This document shows positions 52,601 to 64,000 of a DNA stretch of 64,000 nt, piece after piece. The DNA is taken from NCBI GenBank assembly GCA_963924565.1, contig OZ004610.1:9672001-9736000 (forward strand), written 5' to 3'. A program made the translations under genes and the position numbers. Position 1 is the stretch's first letter; each line of letters starts with the position of its first letter. The notes beneath the pieces were generated by a model, which made no database searches, was not told the origin of the DNA, and was given only the letters and a program-made list of their open reading frames with translations. The stretch comes from Ascidiella aspersa. Its lineage: Eukaryota.

Positions 52601-55600
52601 ATCGCCATCTTGGCCAGTTCTTCTAGTCTTAGACATGCAGTTTCCTTTTCCCTTATTACGACATTTCATATATATCTCGTTTGGGCAACACAACAAACAT
52701 TCCGTAAACCCACCCTCTGCAGCTCGACCAGTGATTTTGCCATCCTCTCAATGAGCTTATTCCACCTCTCTAGTTCCTGAAGAAGCACGACCGAAGTGGG
52801 CGAGATGTTGGTGCCCAAGTTGCGCAGGATCTTGTCGAGCTCGAACTGCGGCGGGATCTTGCCCTGGAAGAGGAATCGCTCGAACGTTCAATGAAATGTC
52901 AGACATAAGAAGTAAGTCAGTTTTAGTAGGTTAAGATTGGTTTTTGTTTACTCGAAGTCTATTTATCCTGTAAAACAACCTTTAAAATTTAAAAACGTAT
53001 CATTGTAAGAGACCTCTGTATCAATAACAAAACAAACTGAAATCATTTTGTTCCTCTTAAAATTTTTTGTTCATTTTGTTACTGTTAAAAAAACAGTACA
53101 CGTTAAAAATCCTAAGCGAAAATTTTGACTTTGAACAAACCTAACGATTTATTTGTGAATCAAAGTACAACACACTAAAGACCCGATAACGCACCTGTAT
53201 GTCCTTGGCGACGTTGCTGATGAAGTCGTCTCTACTGATGCCGCCACCTACGTCACCGGTCTGCGGCTGGAGGTCAACCAGGTTCTCCCACATTGATCGC
53301 GCGGCCTGTCAAACAATCGTTCACGTTAACTAGCACTGGGAAGGGGCGGTTCTGCAGCGCGCCAAACTTGTACATATAGATTAGAAAACTTTCGAAAGAA
53401 CTAAATGGGCGTAGTTTTCAGAGCGTTTGAAGGCTTCTTAACAACTGGATTCGTAAAGTCTTTTGACCTTTCTTTCTAATTTACTTTTAGTTTTTTCTTT
53501 ATTGAAATAATATTTATGTAAATTAGAATAGTTCAACTGATCAACAAAAAGGATACCCAGAAAACATTTTGGTTATTATGTTGGCATCAGATTTATCCGT
53601 AATTCAGGACGTGAGAAACGGATGGATGGAAAAACACTGGAGATCATTATTTTATTTAAACTGAACACAAATTTTGATCAGCCGAAAGTAAACCATTGTT
53701 AATTCTAAATATACATAACACAGACAATACTAGTTTTATTTTAATATGTGTATTATATTATATATATTTTTGTTGTTTTACTTTTAATCAAAGCAGAATT
53801 GATAATCTTGATTACGTTGTAGAGCTGTTTTTTTTTCCGATTTGTGAGGTGTAAATTTGCCATGAGTTATATTGCATGTGTAACGCTTTCCAGAAACCTC
53901 AAATCATAGAGTAAAAGACTGGCCAAGAAAATTTAACCCGAGTCAACGAAAGCGCAGCGCAACTGCAAATCACTAGAAACATGTAGAGCAACACCAAATC
54001 ACACTTACCTGGGTGTAGTAGCCGATCTCGGCGTTGGGATGCAAGCCGAACACCTCGGGCGTGTTGCTGAGCGGAAGTCCCTCGATGAAGTCCACGTAGC
54101 TGTCCTTGTTGCCCTGGTCCTCCGGGATGCGGTAGTCCACCTCCTCGTTGTGGTAGAAGTGGAAAGGCTGGAAGGCGTCGAAAATAAAGTCGCCGAAGTA
54201 CTCGTCGATGTAGTTGGTGAGCACGCGACGATCAAAGTTGTCGATCGCTCTCCCGCCGTACATTACCTGAGTTGGGAAAAAGTGGCATAAACAAACGTAT
54301 AGAGTTGAAGCCGAGATAATGTTCTTCGTTGGTTTTTATCTAAGTATCTAAAAGTCCTGTGACGTTTGAACGAACCTAAGTCGAAGTTGTCAATCGCAAG
54401 CCCGCCGTAGATCACCTGAGTTAAGAAGTGTTGTGAAAATTAAAATATTTCCTATTAAGAGATCGGGAAGGACAAACGTACATAACTTGAGTTAAGAAGC
54501 GTTGAGAAAATTGAAATATTTCTCATGAGAGATCGAGACGGACAAATGTAAATAACCTGGGTTAGGAAGCGTTGTGAAAAATGAATTACGAGATTGAGGC
54601 GGAGAACCGTGAATTAGGAGCCGAGATAATGTTCCCTGTTGGTTTTTATCCAAATATATAAGTTTCTGTGACGTTTCGACAACCCAAACAGGCCATCTTC
54701 AGAGTAAATAACGCCGAACTCGTCAACAGACATATTTACTAGAGGAGCTATTTTAATTCATATTATGCCTACTTTTGCGGCAGTTTATTTATATAAGCGT
54801 AAATATATAATTAAAATCAACTGACAAAATGGCTGGAATCAATTATTATATAAAGTATAAACGATAGGCAATTATTAGTAAAATAAGTACGAAAATAACG
54901 ACTCACCTCCCCAACGAGGTACTTCAAGGAGCCCCAAGGAATCTTCTCGTCTCCAAGCTCCTGAGCTTTGGTCAGGTAGGTCTTTAGAATGTCCATACAC
55001 ACCTGGTTAAAAGGACGGCATTAAATTAGTTAATATCAAAGAATTACTTTTTTGAAGAGCATCGTTATCGCCAATTTGCGGAAGATCTTAAATTAAACCT
55101 TAAATCTCATTAAATCAAGACATCTCTACAACCATTTACATACTAACACACATTGTGGTATATACTTACAGAGTGATCTGATTCGTTGAAGTCGTAGGAG
55201 ATGTTCCAACCGATCTTGCCATACTTTCGCCTTTCTTGAACCACTGCGTGGAAGAAGCTAAGCACGAACACGAGGGATCTGCAAACGTCAAAGGCAGATA
55301 TTATAGGGTTAATTATTTTACCAAATGTCTAAAAAGAAGTTGACAAGTGATTCTAAACTACCAAATGGACTTAAAATAAAAACAGACCAAACAATTTAAA
55401 CCATACGTTAAAAGACGTGCACTTCTCTAATTTTTTGTATTTTATCAAGTTGTAAGAGAATACTTCACAAAAAAATTGATAGGATGACACGCTTGCTAAC
55501 TGTCATTTCAACACAGAATCCTCAAAACATACAACATAGATTTCCCTATTTAAAGGAAAGATTTATTCAATTCAAGTCATCACCTGTAGGCTGGGTGCGG

Positions 55601-58600
55601 GCATTCTCCCAACATGGCGGCGGTTATCTTGTGGTAAGTGCTCCTAAGATTCAGCTTAAGGCCGTTTGGAGGCTCCGTGACGACCTTGAGTGACCTCTGC
55701 AAGATGCCGATCGGGAACTCGGGAATCGACTCCGTGGTCAGCCACAATCTGAGAGCGGTGACAGTGTGAAAAGAGGGTTTGGGATAACAGGGTATATTGG
55801 ATAACACGAGTAAAAACAATGTTGGTATGTATGATGTTGTAAAATGTAAATGCTGTTTTTCTAGAAAAAAAAAAGAATTATTTTTGGCACAAACGAGTTT
55901 GCTGGTTAGCAGTATGAGGAAGTATAAAAGATGAATAAAGTGAAAGATTTTTTTGGGAAAATTCATATTTCCACATATTTAGTTGTATAAATTAATTTTA
56001 ATTTTGGGTACACTATATGAACGGATCTGATTAGGTCGGGTAAATCATCTTCAGTTCCCAAAAAATCATTCCAACTGATGATGATACAATTACTTTTTGA
56101 AATGACTTCATTAAGATGATGTCGATTTACTCGACCTATTTGTCGTTGGTATTTATTTGTTTTTATATTTTATAACTTTCAAAAAAGTGAGGATGTACCG
56201 AAAATATCGATAAGAAAAAGTCATTCTGCAAATCATCGAATTACAATCCGCGCTTAACTTTAGCATTGTTTACAGTAGATAGATTTCTAGGGACACTTAT
56301 GTTCGGGACAAACTTATCAAATGACGCACGAATACGCAAGCGCTTGCCAAACTGCTTCAACGAGACTTGTCTAGGAAGATATTCACCTAAAACAGTGTTT
56401 CGCAAACTTTTCTGGCTCGGGGCACACTGAAAATATCTTTCGCGACACACTCTTAACAGAACAACAATAGAGTAATTTTACAATCGCCCTTAACACACGA
56501 CAAATTGTATGTGAATGTCTCAAAATTATTGATTTGTAATGGATAATGCGTATTTAAGTCTAAAATGCTTGCGTGTATGTCTATTGGTAATACAATAACT
56601 TTTTTTCTCGAAATTACAAAAGTTTCGCGGCACACATGACAAGTTCTCGATGCACACAGTTTAGGAATCACTGACCTAAATCGTTTCATACAGTTTTACC
56701 TGAAATCGGGGTGCGGCTTTTGGATGTGTCCGAGCGCTTTTTCGAGGTCCTTGAGCCATTTGACGAGGAGATGGCAATTCTGTAGCATGAGCCACTGACC
56801 GCGAGCGATAGCCGTGTCCAGGTACTGAAGCGCGACCTTCTCCTGACCTTGACCCATGGCCAGGAACTTGAGCCGGTTTCCGCCGAATCCAGACCTGACG
56901 TAGTTTAAGTGAAAGGGTTATTTGTTAACCCCTGCGCTTTAACTTATCACTAACGGTTAACGTAAACAAGCCTTGATTGTCATTTTATAGACGTTTACTG
57001 GAATCCGGGATCGAAAATCGTAACATAAATTGAACTACTTGTGCTGCCTATTTCCATTTTTATTATGGAAAAAGTATAAATACCCAAAATGATTATTTGT
57101 AGTTTTCAAAGCGATGTCTAGAAACATTATACATTTCGTTGAATTAAAACAGAGTAAGTTTTTTTCACGAAAACGGGCGTTTAAACAGTTAGTGGAGCGG
57201 TAACACCAATTAGGCTACGTTATACTTTTACTCCAAACTTAGAATAAACATAAGCTTATCGAAGTAAAAGAACACAAACAAAAAACAGAGGTCATCGGTT
57301 TAGACTTAACGATCAAGCGCCACTAAAAAGCAGGAGCTAAAAAGATCGCCCACCTTTCGGCTAGCTTCATAAGGTCACTGGCGGGGTCCGAGCCAGGACT
57401 GAGGATAAAGACAATGGGCGAGAACGGGTTGCTCTGCTCGTAGATGGCCTCGAAGCTGATGATCGGCGGTTGTACGTACTTCTCGCCCACCTGCACGATC
57501 ACGTAGTTGGTGACCGCTCGTACCACGCGATCCACGCGGAAGCAGCTGCGATAAAAAGGGCGGGTGTATGTTTAGGGCGGTTTTCCAAGTACGGTTAGGT
57601 ATGGTGTGGGGTGGGTGAGTCGCGAGACGGATGGGCGTGGGAGGTAAAACGACATGACAGAACAACCTTACGCTACTAACAATATGCCTAATTCTTTTAA
57701 CTGAGACTTAATACACCAGCTATCCAAATATTCGGTTAGTCTGCGATGCTTTTCGTGTAAAGGAGTAATTATTTTTAGGGATATTTAGTGATTACACAGA
57801 AGTGTCATTAAGCTACCATGTTACTTTTTTATATTTATTCCTAAACTCTTAAATAGGCTACACAGACAACAACAAAGCATAAAAAACAAACACAGAACTA
57901 ACAACAAAGCAATTGTTTTAACTTGATTTATGCTGAACGGGTTAAGCAAAAATCCTTGTTTGGCATTTTTGCAAGTTTACAGCCTTCCATCGTTCGGCTC
58001 CTGAAGCCCTTTTTATAATTATGCCACATATTGTAAGCACACGCGAAACAAATCAATTTGTCTAAAGCTTTTCTTAAAGAGGAATGGCAACTTTTTAATA
58101 TTATAATTACATATAAGCCACATTTTGCAGCCAAATAAAGTTTTTTAAGGCATTTTTTGTGAGCAATGTCAACTTACCGAAGCAGGCACAGCTTGCTGAA
58201 GTCGTTCACGTTTTCCTTGTACTTGCCAGGAATGGGAATGGACTCGGGGGTGTCGTGGTCGTACCATTCCTTCCAGGCGCGCTCGTTGCGGTCCACGTCG
58301 TCTGGCAGCGTGCCAAAGGTCTCTTGCTGGATGCGTGCCAGCTCGATGATGTCTTGCCAGCCCTGGTCCGGGATCCAGTCGTGCGGCTTGCGCCGGCTGT
58401 AGGTGGGAACGTATAGGGTGTTTAGGGCTTCGTTTTTACGTGCTTCTACTGTGCAATCGAGCGTTTGAATTAGTTGGGTGTAAAAAAAATACACAACCTC
58501 TGTTTATAAGCAGAAACAAAAAAGAACAAAACGCACATAGTGTAACCTAAATTTAAAGTAAAAAATGTTAAATATTTACTCTAATGCAGTCGTTCCCAAC

Positions 58601-61600
58601 CTTTTTTGGCTTGCGGCATCCTACAAAATTATAAATAGTTCGCGGCACCCTGGCTCGCATATTTGCTGAGTGGTTAACTGTAACATTCTAATAAACGAGA
58701 TTAAAACATTAACTGTGCGACAAGTTTGAAAAAATCTTTTTCTTTTTTGGCAATTTTATCGTGCACAAAAAATGTTTCGAGAAGCTTACCAATAGAGCAA
58801 AAATTGGAATCCTAATGGGGTTATAATGAATAACCCTATTTGAACCAGCCCACTGTTTTACTACAACTTAAAATTATGTCCATTGTTGCGCCATTTATGA
58901 TAAATTCGAACCTGACGAAACAAACAACAACCGCACTCAGTCTAGTACTCTAGTGGTTTGTTGCTTTTTTACCGCGAATCAAACACTTCCGTTTACTTGA
59001 ATTGCTTGCGTATAGTGGATTATTGTTGATGAATCAAGTGTCCTGACGTAATCTGGATGCACCCATTACCTGCTCTTCTCAAGGGCGATGTTTCCCTTGT
59101 AGAAGAAGTCCAGATCTTCCTGTCGGATGTTGCCCTGATCCTGCTCCAACTTGATCGTCATCTGGAAGGAGAAGAGCAGCTTGTGCTTCTCGAACAAACC
59201 TGGAACACGGCGATGAAAAGGTGAAGCGGTAGTTCAAAATAATAACGGAAAAAATATATATAAAAGGGGGAATTTTTATGGAATCCAAAACCATTGGCAG
59301 CAGGTTTTAGCTTGTCGATCACTGTTATGTGTTTCACTTTACTTATAGGGTTTCACTTTACTTTACTATTAGGCTAAATAAATATTCTTTTAACAAAATG
59401 TCTGATCCTGGTTTTACTCCGGTTTTTAAACTTTGAGTTTTATTCTGTTAAACATTTTTTTGTGGTATTTCACCTTTTTAGAATTTTTACTTTGCGCAAA
59501 AATAACTACATGGTCATTGGTCACTTTCGGGATTAAGATTTCAATACTGGAAGCGCGTCATAAGTGCCCATTTGTGTGTTGTTATACAAGTAACAGCTGA
59601 TAAACACGACCGTGAGTTTTGGAAACTTGCCTTTCCACAAAATCTATTCTTTTAAATGCCAGCTCGAAACTGTAACTTGTGAAGGTCAAAAGCTTTTTAA
59701 AGTTTACCCGATACCATAATCGGGTTCTTAACATTTTTCCTAGCTGCACCCCTTTCTAGAATTGCTTAAATAACAAAACCATTGTAATTTTATATTTATA
59801 TAAGTAACAGATAACGCAGCAACACAATACCAAAATGAGAGTTATTTTTACATTTAACTGAGCAAAGAAAAAAATCAGTAATACATTTCTGTATCTTAGC
59901 CAGCATCCCCGCACCCCCTTGGAACAGTTCTCGCAGGGGTACGGGCACCCCTGGTTAAGAAACCCTCCCCTAATCAATCCGGGTCGGTGCTTCTGCCCGA
60001 CCTTTCTGCCCTGCTCCGTGCAATAAACTGTAGAAACTATATAGCGACTTACCGGTACAGGCGTAGTTGTAGATGTTGTGCGTGAGGGTGTCGATGATGT
60101 TACGCAGGCGCTTGTGCAGGATCGAGTCGGGCAAGCTCTTGCGCAGCGACAAGTCGAACACGTCGAGGAAGGAGTTGAGGGAGAACTGGTACATGTTGTT
60201 CACCACCGACATCTCCGACAGCACGAAGAAAAGGATGGCGCCGCGACGGGCAGCGGGACGGTAGCTGTTGGAGATCGAGTAAAATCGTTATTTGATTTTT
60301 CTTTCATATTCACGACAGAATCTGGAACAAGGATTATATGGCGCTTCGTGGCGAAATACGAACTATAGGTACGGGTACACATTTATCAGACTAGTTGAAG
60401 TGAGAATTCAAAGGCAGTAAAGAGAGATGTCATAAACAACATATGCTTCGACTGCATGCTTATCATAAAAGATGTTAACACTTTTATATAATGTTTTTAT
60501 ATAAAAATGTGAACGACACTAAAGATAAAACTGAATCGTATTATTTCAATTCGAAGTAGCCATACAAAAGGCGTAGAAACGCATTTAGCGGTGAATACCA
60601 AAATAAAGACACATTTCTTCAGCGTTTTAAAAATCTTAGTTAGTTGCCAAAGTGGTCTTACCCGTCACGGAGTTTATCGATGTCGGCCGATGTTTTAGCA
60701 GCCATGGCCAGTTTCTCCGACACTTCCGTGGCTTTTGACTTGGTCTCATCCAGCGTCTCAATCAGCTCGGTGTTGTCCAACATGTTTCCTGCCGCGAAAC
60801 ATAAACACAGTCACTCATCACGTCCGAAAATTATACAAGCTAAAGTTGAAGTTGCGGCTATATACAGGAGAAAGTGTATATCACGAAACTTGAAACTAAA
60901 TTCCACATTTAAACCATCGAATTTATTTGAAAAAAACCTTACTCATATTACTTATATAATTTTAACAAAATGAAAAGTTTTCGCGTTGAAACAAGTGGTG
61001 GAAATATACTCCTGTGTGTGTTAGGATTAGTACAGTCACGCGTGTAATAACATTTAGAACCAAAGTTCTTGTGACGAGGTAACAACATATACACTATATT
61101 GTGAAAGGCAGACAATAACCATAACGGTTTTTTTCGCTATCCACCAAGTCTAAGATCATACATTTAGCGGCCGACCACCGACCTTTGGATGTGGCTAGCT
61201 CCCTGAGGAGTGAATCCTCCAGGTCCTTGAGGAGCTTCTTGTTTTCGGATGTCTCCTGGATCAGCCTTTCGCGCTGTTCCTCCAACTCCTTCCTCTCGAA
61301 CTTGACAATGACGGACAGCAGTTGATCTAAGCGAAAAACACTGTAAAAATGAAGTTTGACAAAGTGCTGCCTGGTGGCTACTAAGCGCTTTAAATGAGTG
61401 ACCTTTGAAAGACAAATTTTGTCCGATAAATAATTGCATCTAATTTTTATGCGTTTTTCGAGGTTCTACTACTATACTATCGTTTGCAACTAAAAAACCT
61501 GGGAAATCTTGTAATATAGACTCGTATGATTAAAAACAAAATAAAAAAGTTGAAAAACACCGTGTCAGCATCACTATAATTAAAAATGTCAGCATCACTA

Positions 61601-63672
61601 GAATTACCGATGCGGTCATTTTTGTTGACAGTTTTTTTTTATTTTAGGTCGCTTATATTTCCGCTTAGGAGATATATACCTGTTTGATTCTAACAGTTGA
61701 TATTGAAACTTTATTAGTTTTCCCAAGCCTTGGTCACCATCTAGCATGTACATTTTAATTACTCTACAATAACCGCAGTATGAGGTGGGAAGCAATTTAC
61801 CTTAAATTACCGCCAACTGTCATTTTCACCGTAAAGCAACTTCTAATCTAATTTATCCACGATTAAAATTGCCTAAAGGATAGCCTTTTGTTGTACTCTT
61901 GTTTTACAACAATCATGGAACAATAATTGCTGCAGTATAGCTGGCAACAGTTAGTAACTGACTTACTAGCTAGTTTATATTTTTGAGTCAATAATTCTGA
62001 TCAAAATAAGATGGTTGACGGAAGAAGAAAGCAAATGCGATTATTTTAATGTGAAACTGTCAACAAATAAAAACTTCAACAATGAGTTGTGGTTGTAAAT
62101 AAAAACTTTGTGCTTTTAAAAGTGTAAAAGTTGTGTGGAAGCTGAATGTGTGGATTTAAGTCTTTCAAAAGGTACAAAAAACTAAAATAAAACTAAATAG
62201 CACAAAATAAAACTAAATTATTATTAAGTAATTTTTTCTTTATTGGACAAACGGTTATTTTAACCGCTCGCGTAATTCTAGGTATGTCCACAATGCGGTA
62301 ATTCTAGTGTGTAGTTGATATGCTGATAACTATCTTATATTAATTTTTTAATAGTTTTAAGTTTCATATTAGGTTTACTTCTATACCTTCAAGACCCTTG
62401 AGCGTCACAGTGTAGTTGATGATCATCGCCTTGCCGAACACAGCTGGAGAGTAGCGAGGGTTGGCCAGCTTACTGGTCAAGTACAACTTGAAGTTCGAAT
62501 CATAGTCCACCTCCTTGTCGCCTGAAAGACGAAAATTATCAATTTCATATTAGGTAACAAAGAAAAATGTTGGCTAAGTTTTAGCGGGTAATACTAATCT
62601 ACGGAATGATGAATGGTCGGAACGCTCACTAATTTAAGTGTTACCCCGTTAAAACAATTATTAAACCAACGCACAATATTTCAGTTAGGGTGGGGGGTTA
62701 GCGTTTGGGTGAAGGTGGGTCAAGTGTTATTGTATTTAATAATAATACTGTGAGCGTTCCGACCATTCCGTAAATTAGTGTTACCCAGTTTTAGCGCCCT
62801 GGATTTTGTAACACAAAACAATAAGCATTCCAAAACAAAATATTCTTCCCGACAACAAACTGGTTAAAATTTAGTTTTGATTTTCGTCAGTAATTGTTTC
62901 AATGCCCCTTATAGTATTCAAGTCACGTCGTGTTCACAAATTACTATATAACAGCCGCTATTCAATATAAGGTAAAAACTAAAATATTTTTTTTTCTGTT
63001 GTATATTTTATCGGGACGTAATTTAAATATATGCAACAATATTTGAAAAAGGGTGACAAGCGATAAAAGGTCGGACGTTTCCAAAATTAAAGGCCTCTAA
63101 ACAAAACAGAAAGACTCAGAACTGCGGTCAAACATTTTGTTTGCTTATCGGAGGCCTAATTGAAATGTTAGTGTACATTTAAGAGGTAATTGATTTTTTT
63201 TAAGTTTAATTAATAATTAAACGTTTTATCACTAAATAGTTTTCGGCTACTTTAACTTCACACACATTTTGGACCGAAGTCAGCAGATTTCTGAAGTTTA
63301 TTTGAATTTTTACGTCAATTTATGACGTCGTCTCTGAAAATGTTGCCTACCGTGGTTCACGCGAAGCAAAAAACAAAAATTGGGGATACGCGGTAAATAA
63401 AGTTTAAGAACCTCTGGCTTATCATTTCCAGCTAGCGCCGTCGGGTAGAAGCGCGAACATTTATATCAGAGCCCTACATACAGACACAGAAGAATGCTCA
63501 GCTCACCTAGAATGACAAACTCGCGTCCCTGTCCGCCTTTCACGTCCTTTTCGAGTACGTTGTCGATCACTGGATCGATGTACTCGTCCACGTCCTTGAA
63601 CAGGAACGGGAAGCCGTACTTGATCGCTAGCTCAAGCTGCTTTAGGAAGTCGGGGCTGTTGAACGACGATTC
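49655..63672 (-). CDS. DNAH10: Dynein axonemal heavy chain 10, 3' part (AAA5 region to C-terminus); 5' exons lie beyond the window
   Basis: 19 phase-consistent GT-AG exons: 63672-63507, 62521-62387, 61326-61183, 60788-60662, 60264-60053, 59199-59070, 58396-58178, 57545-57354, 56894-56700, 55748-55584, 55278-55170, 55002-54907, 54266-54009, 53305-53195, 52863-52714, 52032-51828, 51360-51217, 50728-50618, 49836-49655. Motifs: [54 protein letters not shown]. The C-terminus [19 protein letters not shown]...[14 protein letters not shown] is characteristic of DNAH10. Confidence 0.95.
49928..50236. mobile_element. MITE with ~55-bp terminal inverted repeats in the last DNAH10 intron
   Basis: GATTTGGCTGACCCAAATGAAGACAAATAAGTGCTA pairs with TAGCACTTATTTGTCATCATTTGGGTCGGCCAAATC. 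Confidence 0.75.
54378..54680 (-). pseudogene. Duplicated acceptor and first 12 codons of a DNAH10 exon, plus three ~70-bp tandem units
   Basis: aactcag|GTG ATC TAC GGC GGG CTT GCG ATT GAC AAC TTC GAC ([12 protein letters not shown]) from 54415, versus the real exon [12 protein letters not shown] from 54266. Units start at about 54415, 54486 and 54556; 54620-54680 copies 54310-54370. Confidence 0.8.
56393..56673 (+). mobile_element. hAT-type MITE, GCGGCACAC family
   Basis: TIR CAGTGTTTCGCAAAC / GTTTAGGAATCACTG; TSD ACCTAAAA / ACCTAAAT. Confidence 0.85.
58587..58660 (+). mobile_element. Left end of a hAT-type MITE (GCGGCACCC subfamily)
   Basis: CAGTCGTTCCCAACC terminus preceded by CTCTAATG; right end not identified. 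Confidence 0.5.
59722..59967. mobile_element. hAT-type MITE (GCACCCC family)
   Basis: GGGTTCTTAAC...GGTTAAGAAACCCT termini; TSD CCATAATC / CCCTAATC. Confidence 0.65.
61596..62309 (+). mobile_element. Non-autonomous CACTAG-ended (piggyBac-like) element, copy 2
   Basis: TIR CACTAGAATTACCG / CGGTAATTCTAGTG; colinear with 3542-4506 but shorter internally; flanks are not TTAA. Confidence 0.65.
62586..62786. mobile_element. MITE with a 9-bp TSD (Mutator- or Merlin-like) and GGGTTAG core
   Basis: TIR GGGTAATACTAATCTACGGAATG..GGTCGGAACGCTCAC / GTGAGCGTTCCGACCATTCCGTAAATTAGTGTTACCC; perfect TSD AGTTTTAGC (62577-62585 and 62787-62795). Confidence 0.85.
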
Positions 63673-63972
63673 CTGCGTCGAGGACAATGGCCATTGTTAC
63701 GCGACTGTCGGCGTGAGTTTGAAAGTGTACGTGTGCGTGCTATACGACGAACAAACACGGCTTGTGCGCCTTACGCGGGAAAGCAATTTAGATTTGTTAC
63801 AGTCGGAAAAAGTGCGAAAAAATTCATTGACAATCTATTGTATATAGTTCCACCGATTATAGTATTATTTTTCAATGAAATTGAAAAACTAAACCCATAC
63901 TCATATCTTTTATTTTGGTCAACAATTAAAACAAGAATCAGTTTTCATTCACCAAACAAGAGTCATTTAGAG

Positions 63973-64000
63973 CAGTGATCTCCAACCTGGGGAGTTCAAC
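63973..64000 (+). mobile_element. Start of a hAT-type element at the window edge
   Basis: CAGTGATCTCCAACCTGGGG preceded by ATTTAGAG (nnnTAnnn pattern). Confidence 0.5.

Noticed and set aside
54415-54620. Three ~70-bp repeats as a possible CRISPR-like array
   Set aside because: Units are contiguous diverged tandem copies without unique spacers, in a eukaryotic intron with no cas genes.
49574-63847. Plus-strand ORFs opposite DNAH10 exons (and the equivalent ones opposite GFUS and RGS exons)
   Set aside because: Antisense shadows of GC3-rich coding exons, not independent genes.

Overview
Intron-rich eukaryotic (animal) genomic DNA; no prokaryotic features, CRISPR arrays or rRNA are visible. 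An invertebrate chordate such as a tunicate is plausible, but this is inferred only from protein similarity, intron sizes and the repeat landscape. Four protein-coding genes were reconstructed by hand from GT-AG sites with consistent intron phases. (1) The 5' part of a stathmin-domain (STMND1-like) gene on the minus strand (<1..1044), with RFX X-box-like motifs upstream. (2) A complete 8-exon GDP-L-fucose synthase (GFUS/TSTA3, minus, 5156..9818, 318 aa). (3) A plus-strand RGS gene most similar to the RZ family (RGS17/19/20), with a ~30 kb CpG-rich 5' region, several candidate upstream exons, and CCCC strings predicted on both sides of the RGS domain. (4) The last 19 exons of axonemal dynein heavy chain 10 (DNAH10, minus, 49655..>63672), convergent with the RGS gene. 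Non-coding DNA is full of MITEs: hAT/Buster-type with nnnTAnnn 8-bp TSDs, a piggyBac-like CACTAG element in two copies, and palindromic GGGTTAG-core elements. Most short ORFs in the supplied track are spurious. The most interesting items are the RGS splice-or-stop switch controlling a Cys-string C-terminal tail, and a duplicated decoy acceptor/exon start in a DNAH10 intron next to a hammerhead-like motif. Nothing here is established as a new biological system; all findings need transcript or genome-wide checks.
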